From contig NIVC01002138.1 in the NCBI GenBank assembly GCA_002269645.1, positions 62,001 through 126,000 of the forward strand: a stretch of DNA of 64,000 nucleotides. The letters run 5' to 3'. How positions within the stretch are numbered: the first letter of the stretch is position 1; the number at the start of each line of letters is the position of its first letter. The notes beneath the pieces were generated by a model. It searched no databases. It worked only from the letters and a program-made list of their open reading frames with translations, and had not been told where the DNA came from. The translations under genes were made by a program, and so were the position numbers. This DNA is from Macrostomum lignano. Taxonomy: Eukaryota. Positions 63,740-64,000 of the stretch are shown here, piece by piece.

Positions 63740-64000
63740 ATGAGAGGTAGACATTGAAACAACTGTGGAGTGAGAGGTAGACAATGAGACGGCTGGGAGA
63801 TTGAAAGGTAGACACTGAGATTGCTAGGAGATTGAGAGGTCTACACTGAGATTGCTAGGAGATTGAGAGGTAGACACTGAGATTGCTGGAAGAGTGAAAA
63901 GTAGATAGCGAGATGGCTGGGAGAATGAGAGGTAGACACTGAGATTGCTAGGAGAATGAGAGGTAGACACTGAGATTGCTAGGAGAATGAGAGGTAGACA
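63740..64000 (+). repeat. 31-bp minisatellite (GAGAGGTAGACACTGAGATTGCTAGGAGAAT)n, continuing past the window end
   Basis: Direct reading; degenerate copies at the left edge. Confidence 0.9.

Overview
Eukaryotic (metazoan) genomic DNA with GC-rich exons, GT-AG introns and an extreme density of unrelated minisatellites. The style suggests a free-living flatworm such as Macrostomum, but the organism is my inference. All four protein-coding genes I can support are on the minus strand: (1) an intronless, divergent rhodopsin-class GPCR (7161-8366); (2) an AMPK gamma subunit gene, with core CBS exons at 19538-22655 and probable long N-terminal exons out to 38950; (3) a 9-exon LRRC74-like leucine-rich-repeat gene (51139-57246, 618 aa by my splice model); (4) a LIN-24/ETX-MTX2-like aerolysin-family beta-pore-forming protein (60852-61742). 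Mobile DNA: four MITEs with 8-bp target-site duplications (hAT-like), one long-TIR element without a clear TSD, two related solo LTRs, and a three-copy dispersed repeat of about 90 bp. About 20 different tandem arrays cover roughly 40% of the window by my approximate coordinates. The largest is a 10.6-kb array of a 22-bp unit containing the telomeric hexamer CCCTAA. Most ORFs in the supplied track are artefacts of these repeats. I found no CRISPR array, tRNA or rRNA, and no demonstrably new multi-gene system. The best leads are the pore-forming protein, the telomere-like array, MITEs hosting minisatellites, and arrays sitting against gene 3' ends and splice sites.
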